A stretch of 64,000 nt of DNA, from positions 928,001 through 992,000 of the forward strand of contig CAWJCS010000005.1 of the NCBI GenBank assembly GCA_963841435.1. The letters are read 5' to 3'. This DNA comes from an uncultured delta proteobacterium. Lineage in GTDB: Bacteria; Myxococcota_A; Polyangia; Polyangiales; Polyangiaceae. A program made the position numbers and the translations under genes. The stretch's first letter is position 1; each line of letters starts with the position of its first letter. The notes under the pieces were generated by a model. That model ran no database searches. It was not told the origin of the DNA and saw only the letters and a list, made by a program, of their open reading frames with translations. Of this stretch, positions 7,731-17,794 are shown piece by piece.

Positions 7731-7881
7731 GCGGGTCCGACGCCCGGCGCCGCACCCCAAGGTTCGCGGCCGCCCCTCCCCCAACCCGAGCGCACGGAAG
7801 CTCGTGCCGGCGGCGCGCCAGACGCGGGTACCAGGCGATCGGGACGGACAGGGTCCGGCCGTCAACCGCGTCAGCCCGCGC

Positions 7882-7934
7882 CGTCTCCCCCGCGGCCGCC
7901 CGCAGCCCCGCGAGGACGGACGCGTGGAGGCAGC
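7882..7934. repeat. Dispersed palindromic repeat, copy 2 (degenerate)
   Basis: CGTCTCCCCCGCGGCCGCCCGCAGCCC..GCGAGGACGGACGCGTGGAGG matches 3349-3405. Confidence 0.7.
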
Positions 7935-8372
7935 CTAGCCCGAGCGACGGCGACGAGCCTTGAGCGAGCCGCGCTTGTAGCCCGAGGGCAGCTCGTCTCC
8001 GGGGAGTGGACGCGCATTGGGTACCGTTGCGAGCGCAGCCTGAAACTTCACGCGCGAGGACCGCTTGGCGCGCGTCGTGAGGTATTCCTCGGTGGTCAGC
8101 GCGGCGAGCTTTTCGGCGGCCGCCGTCGCGATGAGCTGGTTGATGGAGATCCCCTCGCTCTTGGCGAGCGCCGCGAGCTGCTTGTGCAGCGATTCGGGAA
8201 GGCGGTAGAGCGCGTCGAGCGCCGAGGCCCGCGCCGAGGGCGCGTCGGGCAGAGCCGAAAGGGCCTGCTCCAGCCCGTCGCTCTCTTCCTGTCCGTTAGA
8301 GCTCGCGCAGGCGCTCGTCATCGCGAGCGCGGCCGCACCCAGAAACATTGCCATCACATGACGCTTCGACAT
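7935..8372 (-). CDS. Chimeric ORF: lipoprotein N-terminus fused to a HicB-like ribbon-helix-helix antitoxin
   Basis: RBS GGAGGA, signal peptide with TSAC, then RLPESLHKQLAALAKSEGISINQLIATAAAEKLAALTTEEYL. Confidence 0.65.
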   Translation of the reverse strand: MSKRHVMAMFLGAAALAMTSACASSNGQEESDGLEQALSALPDAPSARASALDALYRLPESLHKQLAALAKSEGISINQLIATAAAEKLAALTTEEYLTTRAKRSSRVKFQAALATVPNARPLPGDELPSGYKRGSLKARRRRSG

Positions 8373-8944
8373 GATTCCTCCTGCAAGTCGCACCCTGAGT
8401 GCCGGCGCGGAAGATTGTGCCGGCGAGCGGGAAATCCAACGTGCGGCTGTCCCAGAGGCACACGCCGTCGCCGACGGTGTGCGACCCGAAGCCGCCCATC
8501 TGCGTTCCGGTCTTCTGGTACGGGAACGGCAGGCCGTCCGGCATCGAGAAGCGCAGCGTGAAGGCGGCGGGGTCGGAGCAGGTTTTCGTCGCCGAGCAAC
8601 CCGCCGCGCAGAGCGAGCTCGAGCCCGTGTGGGAGACCGTGATCGAGAGGTTGCCGCCGCTCGTCGAGCGCGTGACCGCGTTGCCCGACGACGAACACAG
8701 GTCGGCGCCCGTGCCGAGCCGAACGCACGCCGTGCCGGACGGAAGATCCCCGCTCATTTCAATGCAATATGACGAGCACTGCGGCGACCCGGCGGGGCGC
8801 CATCGCGCCCGGGCGTGAAGCGAAGCGACGAGCGTATCTGGCCGAAGGGCAGCGGCACGGCGTGCCTTTTCTCACGCCGAACGGCGTGCCTTCTCACGCT
8901 CTGACCACGAGCCGCGCCGGTTGAGCTACTCTGCGCGTCACCAA

Positions 8945-9610
8945 ATGCACGCATGGATTGTCGGGGCCACGGGGCTGGTTGGGCGAGCCCTGCTCGAAGA
9001 TCTCCTGGCGGAGCCGCGCGTCGAGCACGTGACGGCCATCGTGCGGCGGCCGCTCGAGCAAAAGGCTCCGAAGCTCGAGACGCTCGTGGTCGATTTCGAG
9101 CGGCTCGAAAAGGAGCTCGCCGGGCGCACGGCGAGCGTGGGGTTTTGCTGTCTCGGCACCACCATCAAGAAGGCCGAAAGCCAGCCGGCGTTTTATCGCG
9201 TCGATCACGACTACCCGCTCGCGTTCGGGCGCGCTTGCAAGGCGGCCGGCGCGCGAAAGCTCGTGGTCGTCACGGCCGTGGGCGCCGATGCGAGCTCGCG
9301 CGTTTTTTACAATCGCGTAAAGGGCGAGGTGGAGGAGCGACTCGCCGAGCTCGGGTTGCCGGAGCTGCACGTGTTGAGGCCTTCGCTGTTGCTCGGTAAG
9401 CGCCCCGATCGGCGGCCGGCCGAAGCCGTGGTGATGGCGCTGGCGAAGCCGCTCGCCCCGCTGATGGTCGGTCCGCTCGCCCGCTACAAGGCTATCCCCG
9501 GCGCGAACGTCGCGCACGCGATGCTCGCCCTCGCGCTCGATGCCTCGCCTCACCCGCGCGTCACCGCTCACGAGTCGGAAACGATCGGGCGGCTCGCGAG
9601 CAAGCGGTAG
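8945..9610 (+). CDS. NAD(P)-binding oxidoreductase (YraR/TIP30-like)
   Basis: IVGATGLVG, FCCLGTTIKKA, FYNRVKGEVE, LRPSLLLG. Confidence 0.9.
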   Translation: MHAWIVGATGLVGRALLEDLLAEPRVEHVTAIVRRPLEQKAPKLETLVVDFERLEKELAGRTASVGFCCLGTTIKKAESQPAFYRVDHDYPLAFGRACKAAGARKLVVVTAVGADASSRVFYNRVKGEVEERLAELGLPELHVLRPSLLLGKRPDRRPAEAVVMALAKPLAPLMVGPLARYKAIPGANVAHAMLALALDASPHPRVTAHESETIGRLASKR

Positions 9611-9658
9611 CGGCGCGGCGCCCCACTCGCCCCGGGGCCGTGCGAAGCTCGGCGGGCC

Positions 9659-12016
9659 GTGTACCTCGAAAAGCTCCCCCACCCCGCGAACTTCCGCTTT
9701 GCACAGCGCTTTCGCCCGGGTCGCTTCGTCATCAACGGGGAGCCGTTCGGGCTGAAAGTCGAACGCTTCGCGGGCGACGTGTATCGCCTGGAGGTGACGC
9801 ATCGGCGCTGGGCGCCGCGTGAGTCGCAGGCCGTGCTGACGCCACCGGAACGACTTTCCGAGGGCGCGGGGCGCAAGGCGAAGAACGGCGGAGCGGCGCT
9901 GCGTTTCGGGTCGGGGCTCGCGGTCCTCGGTCCGGAGGCGCGCCCGCTGCTCGCGGGTGCTTCCGGGGGGAGCTTCGGCGTGCGCGATGCGGCGTGGGTG
10001 CTCCGCTTCGAGCCGGACCCCGAGCTTCGCTTCTACGGCCTCGGAGAAAAGTGGGGCCCGCTCGAGAAGAGCGGCCTTCATACGACGTTCTGGAACACGG
10101 ACGTGTGGGGCGATTTTCCGATGTCGGCGGCGCTCGAGGCCAAGGTTGACCCGGTGTACGCGAGCATTCCGTACGTCGTCGTGCGGCGGGGCGAAGCGTA
10201 CGTGGGGCTGCTCGTCGACAATCCGTACGCGTCGTTCATGGCGCTCAATGCGACGTTCGACATTCACGACCCGAAGGGGCCGCATGCCGAGCGGTTTTTG
10301 TATTTGGGGGCAGAAGCGGGCAGGCCCATCGTCTACGTGATCGTCGGGCCGTCGCTCGCCGAGCTGACCCAGAAGCTGCAGTGCCTCGTGGGGACGACGC
10401 CGCGCCCGCCGCTCTGGGCGCTCGGGCATCACCAGTCGCGCTGGGGGTACCGCGGCACGGCGGATCTCGAGCGGCTCGATCGAGCGTTCGAAAAGCACGC
10501 GATCCCCTGTGACGGGCTGTGGCTCGACATCGACTACATGCAGCGCTTCAAGGTGTTCACGCTGGACCGGCAGGCGCTTTCGCGACCGAAGGCGACGCTC
10601 GCGAAGCTTGCGAAGCGGGGGCGGCGCGTCGTGCCGATTCTCGATCCCGGCGTGAAGCGCGAGAGGGGCTATCCCGTGTACGAGCAGGGGCTCGCCGGAC
10701 GATTTTTCTGCGAAGCGGAGCCGGGGCAACCGTTCACGGGGTACGTGTGGCCAGGCGCGACGTGCTTCCCCGATTTCTCGCGGCCGGACGCGCGCGCCTT
10801 CTGGGCAAGCTGGGTCGCCCGCTTCACCGAGCACGGCTTCGCCGGGTACTGGATTGACATGAACGACCCCGCGGTCGGCGCCGTCGACGCTTCCGCCATG
10901 CGCTTCGACCACGGGCGAAGGCGCCATTCGAGCTACCACAACCAGTACGCGCTCGGCATGGCGATGGCGACACGCGAGGGGCTCTTGCAAGCGGCTCCCG
11001 AACGCCGGCCGTTCTTGCTCACGCGCAGCGCTTGCACCGGCATCGCGCGCTACGCCGCGATGTGGACGGGCGACAACTTCTCGAACCTCGACCACCTGCG
11101 CGGCGCGATCCCGACGACCTTGAATCTTGCGCTGAGCGGCGTCCCCCTGAACGGCCCGGACGTGCCCGGTTTCGGCGGCCACGCCGACGACGACCTCATG
11201 GTGCGCTGGTACAAAGCGGGGTTCCTCTTTCCGTTCCTGCGCAACCACACGGTCCGTGACTCTCGCGACCAGGAGCCGTGGTCTTTCAGCCGCCGCACGC
11301 TCGCCATCGTGCGCCGCTACGTGCGCCTGCGTTACAAGCTGCTTCCCTATCTCTACAACCTGTTCATCGATCAGGAGGAGCGGGGCGCCGCGGTGGTGCG
11401 GCCCCTCATCTACGATTTTGCGAGCACGCGACGCTTGCCGCTCGACACCATCTCCGACCAGCTCATGGTCGGGCCGAGCTTGATGCACGCGCCCTGTCTC
11501 GAACCTGGCGCCGGGGGTCGTTCCGTCGCGTTGCCGCGCGGTGGCTGGCTCGACCTGCAGAGCGGGCGCTGGGTGCGTGGAGGGGGCCACGTGCGCGTTG
11601 CCGATGCTGCGGACGAGACGCCGCTCTTCGCTCGCGAGGGCAGCATCGTCCCGGCCCAGCCGGGCGAGCGGCGCGACAACCGGAACGACCTCTTCGACAT
11701 CGAGCTGCACGTCTTTTTGCGGCGCGGTCGGGCCGCGCTCACCTATCGCGCCGACGACGGTGAGACGTTCGCGTACCGGCAGGGTAAAATCACGTGTTTC
11801 ACGGTTCACGTTGCCGCGGACGCCCGGCAGGTGCGCGTCCGCTTCTCGGACGTCGTAAAAGGCGCGGGGCCCTGCCGCGTGCGCTTCGTGCTGTACGGCG
11901 GGCAGCGTCGGCTCTCGCTCGACGGCGCGAGCGTCCCGCTCGCGACCCGCCGCGTGCGGTGGACGGGCGCGGCGTTCGGCGCGCCAACGACGCGGCCACT
12001 GCGAGTGCCCGCTTAG
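9659..12016 (+). CDS. Glycoside hydrolase family 31 (alpha-glucosidase-like)
   Basis: PPLWALGHHQSRWGY, WLDIDYM, WIDMNDP, WTGDN, GPDVPGF, FPFLRNH. Confidence 0.95.
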   Translation: MYLEKLPHPANFRFAQRFRPGRFVINGEPFGLKVERFAGDVYRLEVTHRRWAPRESQAVLTPPERLSEGAGRKAKNGGAALRFGSGLAVLGPEARPLLAGASGGSFGVRDAAWVLRFEPDPELRFYGLGEKWGPLEKSGLHTTFWNTDVWGDFPMSAALEAKVDPVYASIPYVVVRRGEAYVGLLVDNPYASFMALNATFDIHDPKGPHAERFLYLGAEAGRPIVYVIVGPSLAELTQKLQCLVGTTPRPPLWALGHHQSRWGYRGTADLERLDRAFEKHAIPCDGLWLDIDYMQRFKVFTLDRQALSRPKATLAKLAKRGRRVVPILDPGVKRERGYPVYEQGLAGRFFCEAEPGQPFTGYVWPGATCFPDFSRPDARAFWASWVARFTEHGFAGYWIDMNDPAVGAVDASAMRFDHGRRRHSSYHNQYALGMAMATREGLLQAAPERRPFLLTRSACTGIARYAAMWTGDNFSNLDHLRGAIPTTLNLALSGVPLNGPDVPGFGGHADDDLMVRWYKAGFLFPFLRNHTVRDSRDQEPWSFSRRTLAIVRRYVRLRYKLLPYLYNLFIDQEERGAAVVRPLIYDFASTRRLPLDTISDQLMVGPSLMHAPCLEPGAGGRSVALPRGGWLDLQSGRWVRGGGHVRVADAADETPLFAREGSIVPAQPGERRDNRNDLFDIELHVFLRRGRAALTYRADDGETFAYRQGKITCFTVHVAADARQVRVRFSDVVKGAGPCRVRFVLYGGQRRLSLDGASVPLATRRVRWTGAAFGAPTTRPLRVPA

Positions 12017-12105
12017 TCGAGCGGCGGCTCGTTCAGCGCCGATCGAACGGCCCGAGCGCCCGTCGCGAACCCGAGCCCCCGCGAGTCTTGTAGGATGGTC
12101 GAACC

Positions 12106-13818
12106 GTGACCGCGCCGAACCGGACACCGAGCAAGATCGCCCTCGTCTTGCTTCCGGCCGCGCTCTTGGGCGTCCTCGCGTTCAGCCTCAAGGACGCGGG
12201 CACGACCCAGCAGTTCTTCGTCAACACGACGTACTACCTGCTGATGGTCACGGTGCTGTGCTGGGCCGGCACGTACCTCCACCGCGCCCGTGAGTGTCGC
12301 CGCGAGACCGCCTTCGCCTGGGTGAAGGACAATTGGCCGGGCCTCATGATTGCGCTCTTGGTGACGGTGGTCGCGGCCCTCGCCGTGGAGCCTGCGCTGC
12401 GGGTCCTCTCCGACGAAGCGAACCTGGTCGGAACCTCCAAGAACTTCTTTGCCTCGAAGACGGCCACCTTCACCGTCTCCGGCAAGAGCTACTACGGAAG
12501 CTACTGGGACGTCGACGTCGCCATCGACCGCCGGCCGACGCTGTTCCCGTTTTTGGTCAGCTTGGTTCATGTCGTCTCAGGCTATTCGTATCGCAACGTC
12601 TTCCTGTTCAATTTGCTGGTTCTGCCCGCCTTCTTGCTGGTGTCGTACCGGCTCGCGAAGTCCCTGGGCGGAGAGACGTTCGGCATCGTCGCCGCGTTGC
12701 TCGTCGCGGCCCACCCGATCACGCTGATCTCGGTCCGTTCGGGCGGGTTCGACTTCCTCGCCACGTTCTTCGCGCTCCTCGTCATCAAGAGCCTTTTCGA
12801 CCTCGGCCGCGACGAGTCACCCGCGAATCTGGCGATCGTGTGGATGAATCTCTGCCTGTTCGCGGAGATCCGCTACGAGACGGCGCTGTTCATTTTGCCC
12901 GTCGTGGCCCTGCTCGTGCTTTTCAAGATGGCCACGTGGCGCACGCTGCGCCCGTACGCCTTCGTGTACGCGCTCACGCCGGTGTATCTCGCGCCTCGCC
13001 TTTGGCAGTCGATCCTGCGCGGCAACATCCCCGAGCAGGAGCCCGGCACCGTCACGTTCAGCTTGGAGCATTTTGTCGACCACGCGCGCGAGTACTTCGC
13101 GCCGATCCTATCGCCCGCCGAAGCCTATCCGGCCCACTCCGCCCTTTTGATTGGCCTCGGTGTCGTCGGCTGCCTGCTTGGGCTCCGTTTTCTCTTCGGC
13201 CGCGTCCGCGCCAAAGACTGGAAAGCGCCGCGGCTTCGCTTTGCCGCTTTCGTCGTTGTCTGGGTGCTTCTCCAGGCCATCATCGTCTTTACCTACGCGT
13301 GGGGGCGCGCCCAGTACCCCTCGGCCGCACGCCTCGTCATGGTGCTCGACACCTTCTTCGCCTTTGCCGCGGCATGGGTGCTGACAGTCGCTCTGAAACG
13401 GTGGAGGCCCTTCATTCCCGTGTTGCTCGCGGCGGCCGTCCTGGCGAGTCAGGTGCCGGTGGCCTCTCAGCACCGGATGCTCAACCGGCTCACCCAGACC
13501 CGCGAGAGCGCCGCCACCTGGGATTTTTTCGAGCGGCTGGGCGAAAAGCGCATCCTCATCGTCACCGACCGCCCGAACCACTTCACCATCATGGACTACG
13601 GCGCCATGAGCTTCGAGGCCGCGCGGCGTGACCCCTACCTGTTCACGGCCCTGGCCCGCCACCTCTTCCAGGCCGTCTACGTGATCCAGCAGATCGAGCT
13701 TTCGACGCATCGGCCCCTGCCCGGCTACGACATCTGGCCGGATCGGAAGCTCGAGACGGTGCTCGAATTCCAGAACGACGCGGACGTGCTCGTGCGCGTC
13801 TCGCGCGTCGAGCCCTGA
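12106..13818 (+). CDS. Polytopic membrane protein, probable GT-C-type glycosyltransferase
   Basis: Many hydrophobic segments; SDE motif in the first loop, RPTLFP, IRYE. Confidence 0.65.
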   Translation: MTAPNRTPSKIALVLLPAALLGVLAFSLKDAGTTQQFFVNTTYYLLMVTVLCWAGTYLHRARECRRETAFAWVKDNWPGLMIALLVTVVAALAVEPALRVLSDEANLVGTSKNFFASKTATFTVSGKSYYGSYWDVDVAIDRRPTLFPFLVSLVHVVSGYSYRNVFLFNLLVLPAFLLVSYRLAKSLGGETFGIVAALLVAAHPITLISVRSGGFDFLATFFALLVIKSLFDLGRDESPANLAIVWMNLCLFAEIRYETALFILPVVALLVLFKMATWRTLRPYAFVYALTPVYLAPRLWQSILRGNIPEQEPGTVTFSLEHFVDHAREYFAPILSPAEAYPAHSALLIGLGVVGCLLGLRFLFGRVRAKDWKAPRLRFAAFVVVWVLLQAIIVFTYAWGRAQYPSAARLVMVLDTFFAFAAAWVLTVALKRWRPFIPVLLAAAVLASQVPVASQHRMLNRLTQTRESAATWDFFERLGEKRILIVTDRPNHFTIMDYGAMSFEAARRDPYLFTALARHLFQAVYVIQQIELSTHRPLPGYDIWPDRKLETVLEFQNDADVLVRVSRVEP

Positions 13819-13899
13819 GCACGCGACGCTCGGCGCTCGGCGCCGCAACCACGCCGCGCTCCTCGGTCGCGGGGCGATCGCACCGCGACGCGGCTCCCG

Positions 13900-15930
13900 T
13901 CAGAACTCGTAGAGCGCGAAGGGTCCCGTCTGTAAAACGGGATGATTCGCGATCTCCGGCGGCCAATCCACTCGGTCGCCGCGTTCGAGGACGAACCAGC
14001 GAAAGCCGAGCGCGTGCGCCGTGGGACCGACCAGCTTGGGCGTTCGAATGCCCATGAAGTGGTCGATCGCCGAGGTTCGCGTGTCGACCATTTCGCCGCG
14101 ATAGGGCATCCGCGTCAGCGTGTGGGCGACGAACGTTCTTCGCTCCGAAAGAGCTGCAAAGACGTAGGTTCGGTCGAACTGGGAATCCTGGAAGACGTCT
14201 TTGGGGCCGCCGTGGGTGCGGAGGTAGTCCGCAACTTGGAGGTACGCGCGCGGAAGCCGGACGGGAGAGATCGCGGGCATCGCCCACATCACCTGGACTC
14301 CGCGACCGAAGTGCGCCGGGACGGCCATGAGCACGGCGGCGAGGACGATGATGATCGGTCGAGCCATCCCACCCAGGCGCCGCGATTCCACGAGCATCAG
14401 GCCCAACGCGCCGCCAATCCAGGTCAGCACGAAGAAGTAGACGATCATGATCGGGCGATGCGAGAGCTCGTCGGGCGTGCTGCTATCGAAATCGAGAGCC
14501 AGACCGAAGAACATCACCACGAAATTGGCAGCGAGCAGCAGCGGAAAGAGCACGTGAACCAGTGGCGTGCGGCGGCGCAGCCACAGGGCCAGCATGGCGA
14601 AGAGCAGCGGAAAGATGCCGAGAGCCGCAAACAAGACGTACGGGACGCCGAACAGAAGATTCGACGTGAAGGGAAACTCCGCCCCCATGTGCCCGACGAC
14701 GTAGTCGCGAAGAGCGCCCGGCTTGGCGAACGAAAGGACCAGGCGCAGGATCTCCCCGTTGCTCGAGCCATCGAAGCGAACGCGGGGCACGCCGGGCACC
14801 TTCTGGCCGAGCACGAGCGCCATCACGTAGGCGAGGCTCGCGGCTGCTACCCACAGCGCGCGCTTCCTCGGGCCAATGCTCCCACGGAAGAACAAGGCCG
14901 GGACGAGCAAGAGCAAGAGCGCGCTCGCGACGACGTAGTGCAGCTTGTAGAAAACGACGACGCCCGCGACGAGCCAGCCCGCGAACAGCTGCAACCGGGA
15001 GCCCTGTGTGCACCCGCGGATGACGAACAGCCACGCAACGGCGAGGAGCGCCAAGCCGTAGGTCGCGCTGGGCGAGATTTGCGTGAGAAAGTGATAGGAC
15101 ATGAAGGTGTTGCGCATGCCCTGCTGCGCGCCGTCCGGCAAGAGGAGCAGCGCCCCCGCTGCCGCCACGCCGGGCCACGCTCCCCACAGGGACCCGAAGA
15201 ACGAGTAGGCCGCGAGCCCGGTGAAGAAGACCCCAACGGGAGCCAGAATCCCGGCGAACGCCGTGTACGAGTGGATGGCCGCCGCTTCTTTGACGAACCC
15301 GGGCAGCAGGTACACGCCGTAGTGGTAGGGACGCGCGGGCACACCCGCCATGCGAAAGTCCTCGATGGACGACGCGCCGTGCCCCGCGCCGAAGATTCGA
15401 ATGTGCACGGCGTGGTAGAAGCCATCGACCCACGGCTTGAAGAGGACCACGTTGCCGTGATCCTCCGTCGGTCGGATCGAGTCCTGGCACCACAGCGTGG
15501 TGGCAACCAGGCAGAGACCGATGGCCCAGAGGCTCGCCGCGTGACCCGGAACGCGCTTCCGCTCGCGAGCCGTGACGAACGCCCACGTCGCCAGCGCGAG
15601 CAGGAGGCAAAAGTTCGCGATGATGCCGAACGGCGAGAGCCAGGCGAGCACGAAGAGCGCCGTGTTGACGACGCCGTAGCCGACGAGCAGGCGGAGCGGG
15701 AGCTCGAACAGAACCCCCGCCGAAAGGGATTCAAAGGCCGCGAGGAGCGAGCCGACCAGGTAGAAGGCAACGAACAGCGCCTCGCAGGCCAAAAGCGCGC
15801 GAATGGAAAAGGACTGTCCCGCGACGGCCGTCCAAACGGCGACCACGGCCGCGATGACCGAAACGGCCGCGACGTCCGACTTGCTGTAGGTGACGGTCAC
15901 GTTGCGAAAGGCGCGGAGGGAACGCGTCAT
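13900..15930 (-). CDS. Large polytopic membrane protein (possible GT-C transferase)
   Basis: Many TM segments, loop DGFYH..., PYHYG, C-terminal soluble domain with FAALSERR. Confidence 0.6.
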   Translation of the reverse strand: MTRSLRAFRNVTVTYSKSDVAAVSVIAAVVAVWTAVAGQSFSIRALLACEALFVAFYLVGSLLAAFESLSAGVLFELPLRLLVGYGVVNTALFVLAWLSPFGIIANFCLLLALATWAFVTARERKRVPGHAASLWAIGLCLVATTLWCQDSIRPTEDHGNVVLFKPWVDGFYHAVHIRIFGAGHGASSIEDFRMAGVPARPYHYGVYLLPGFVKEAAAIHSYTAFAGILAPVGVFFTGLAAYSFFGSLWGAWPGVAAAGALLLLPDGAQQGMRNTFMSYHFLTQISPSATYGLALLAVAWLFVIRGCTQGSRLQLFAGWLVAGVVVFYKLHYVVASALLLLLVPALFFRGSIGPRKRALWVAAASLAYVMALVLGQKVPGVPRVRFDGSSNGEILRLVLSFAKPGALRDYVVGHMGAEFPFTSNLLFGVPYVLFAALGIFPLLFAMLALWLRRRTPLVHVLFPLLLAANFVVMFFGLALDFDSSTPDELSHRPIMIVYFFVLTWIGGALGLMLVESRRLGGMARPIIIVLAAVLMAVPAHFGRGVQVMWAMPAISPVRLPRAYLQVADYLRTHGGPKDVFQDSQFDRTYVFAALSERRTFVAHTLTRMPYRGEMVDTRTSAIDHFMGIRTPKLVGPTAHALGFRWFVLERGDRVDWPPEIANHPVLQTGPFALYEF

Positions 15931-15975
15931 CGGGGCCGCTTCGTCGATCCTTGGCTGTCACGCACCGCCGCCGGC

Positions 15976-16767
15976 TCAGCGGCGTCCGCGACGAGCCTTC
16001 CCTTGTAGCGTCTTTTGCCCGCGGAGCAGGCCGGGCACGAGAGAGCGACCCACCCACATGCCGAGATATAGAGGGACCGCCCGCCGCGGATAGAACAACT
16101 TCCTCCTGCCGGTCCGTGCGAACCGAGCGATCGCTCGCGCGGCACCCTCGGGGGTTCCGGAAGAGGCGTCTTTGATCCGGCCCATCCAGGCGGGAAACCG
16201 CTGGGCCATGGTGTAGATGCCGGTCGGAACGGGACCCAGCATGACCTGCTGAAAGACGAGGTCCGTGCCCGTGTACATTTTCGACCAGACCTCGAAGCAA
16301 GCGGTCAACGCCTTCTTGCTCGTGGTGTAGCCGAGGCCGTAGGGATTCCCGACGTAGTTTGCCATCGAGCTCACGGCGACCAAGTGACGCGGGCCGTCGC
16401 CTGCGGGTAGCGCCGTGAGGGGCTGGACGAAATTCAGGGCTCCGTAGAGGTTCGTATCGAGGACCTCCTTGTAGCTCGCGAGCTCGAACGTGTCGTCGTT
16501 GTCGACTCGGTTGATGCCGGCATTCAGGATGAAAACCTCCGGCAGCTCCAGAGCCTCGGCGAGACTGGCGACGAGCCTCGCGACTTCTAGCGTGGAGCGC
16601 ACGTTGACGCATTCGAAGCGAACGGACGGATGGCGCGCCTCGAGCTCCGGGACGCGGCGGCGGTTCACGGCAACGACTTTCGCGCCGCTCCCGACGTAGT
16701 GCTCGAGCAGGGCCCGACCGATCCCCGAGGTCGTGCCCGTGATGAGGACGCGCTCAACCTTCATCAC
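15976..16767 (-). CDS. Short-chain dehydrogenase/reductase
   Basis: ITGTTSGIG, NAG, YTTSK. Confidence 0.9.
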   Translation of the reverse strand: MMKVERVLITGTTSGIGRALLEHYVGSGAKVVAVNRRRVPELEARHPSVRFECVNVRSTLEVARLVASLAEALELPEVFILNAGINRVDNDDTFELASYKEVLDTNLYGALNFVQPLTALPAGDGPRHLVAVSSMANYVGNPYGLGYTTSKKALTACFEVWSKMYTGTDLVFQQVMLGPVPTGIYTMAQRFPAWMGRIKDASSGTPEGAARAIARFARTGRRKLFYPRRAVPLYLGMWVGRSLVPGLLRGQKTLQGKARRGRR

Positions 16768-17794
16768 CGTCCAACGCCGACGCGTTCGGTACCCGCGGCG
16801 ATGCCGTGGCGCGCGAGCGCCCCCGTACGAAGCCGTCGATGGCTGCCGCCGTGCTCAGCCGCTCGCCACCGTGGCGAATCGCCTTCCGGATGAACTTCGG
16901 TCGCCGCTTGGCCTCTTCGAAGATCTTGATGAGGTACTCCCCGATGAGAGCGATGGCGAGCAGCTGGAGGCTGCCGAAAAACACGATGAGCACGATGACG
17001 GTCGGGATGCCGTGTGGCACGCCGGGGCGGCGCAGCACGTTGACGACTTGATAGACGAGCGCGAAAAAGGACAGCGTCGCCATCACGGCCGCCGCGTAGC
17101 CGAGCAGCTCGATGGGCACGAACGTGAACGAAAAGATGCCCTTCTTGGCCCACCACAGGTTCTTCAGCCGACCGTGGGTCGAACGCCCGAAAGCTCGGGC
17201 CGGGCGCACGTAGTCGACGCCCGTCTGGGTGAATCCCACCCAGGCCCGGAGCCCGCGCAAGAATTGGTCGGTTTCCGGAAGGGCGAGCAGCTCGTTGACG
17301 ACCTTCCGGTCCATCAGCGCGAAGTCGCCCGCGTCGAGCGGTATGGGCACGTCGGCAAGGCCGCGGAAGACCGCGTAGAAAGCCCGCGCGAAGAACGCCA
17401 AGAGCAGGGAGCCTTCGCGCTTCACGCGACGCCCGTAGACGACGTCGTTGCCCTGCCGCCATTTTGCGTAGAATTCGGCGATCAACTCGGGCGGATCCTG
17501 AAGGTCGCCGTCGAGCAGAACGACGGCATCGCCCGTGGCAAGCTGCATGCCGCTCAGGAAAGCGTTCTGCGAGCCGAAATTCCTCGAATGCTCGACGGCG
17601 AGCACGTGGTGGTCCTTTTCGGTCAGCGCCTCGAGCACGGAATCCGCGTCGTCGGGGCTGGCGTCGTTGACGAAGATGATTTCGTAGCGGACGCCCAGCG
17701 AAACGAACGTGTCGGTCAGCCGCGCGTGCATCGACGGGATCGCCTGCGCATCCTTGTAACAGGTGATCACGGCGGACAGCGTCGGCTCAGGCAC
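16754..17794 (-). CDS. GT2 polyprenol-phosphate glycosyltransferase (GtrB-like)
   Basis: FVNDASPD, SRNFGSQ, LDGDLQDPP, GDFALMDR, two C-terminal TMs, IGEYL. Confidence 0.92.
   Translation of the reverse strand: MPEPTLSAVITCYKDAQAIPSMHARLTDTFVSLGVRYEIIFVNDASPDDADSVLEALTEKDHHVLAVEHSRNFGSQNAFLSGMQLATGDAVVLLDGDLQDPPELIAEFYAKWRQGNDVVYGRRVKREGSLLLAFFARAFYAVFRGLADVPIPLDAGDFALMDRKVVNELLALPETDQFLRGLRAWVGFTQTGVDYVRPARAFGRSTHGRLKNLWWAKKGIFSFTFVPIELLGYAAAVMATLSFFALVYQVVNVLRRPGVPHGIPTVIVLIVFFGSLQLLAIALIGEYLIKIFEEAKRRPKFIRKAIRHGGERLSTAAAIDGFVRGRSRATASPRVPNASALDGDEG

Noticed and set aside
8296-8757. Cys-containing minus-strand ORF upstream of the chimeric gene
   Set aside because: Possibly a gene fragment, but it has no recognisable domain or convincing start and overlaps the next gene.
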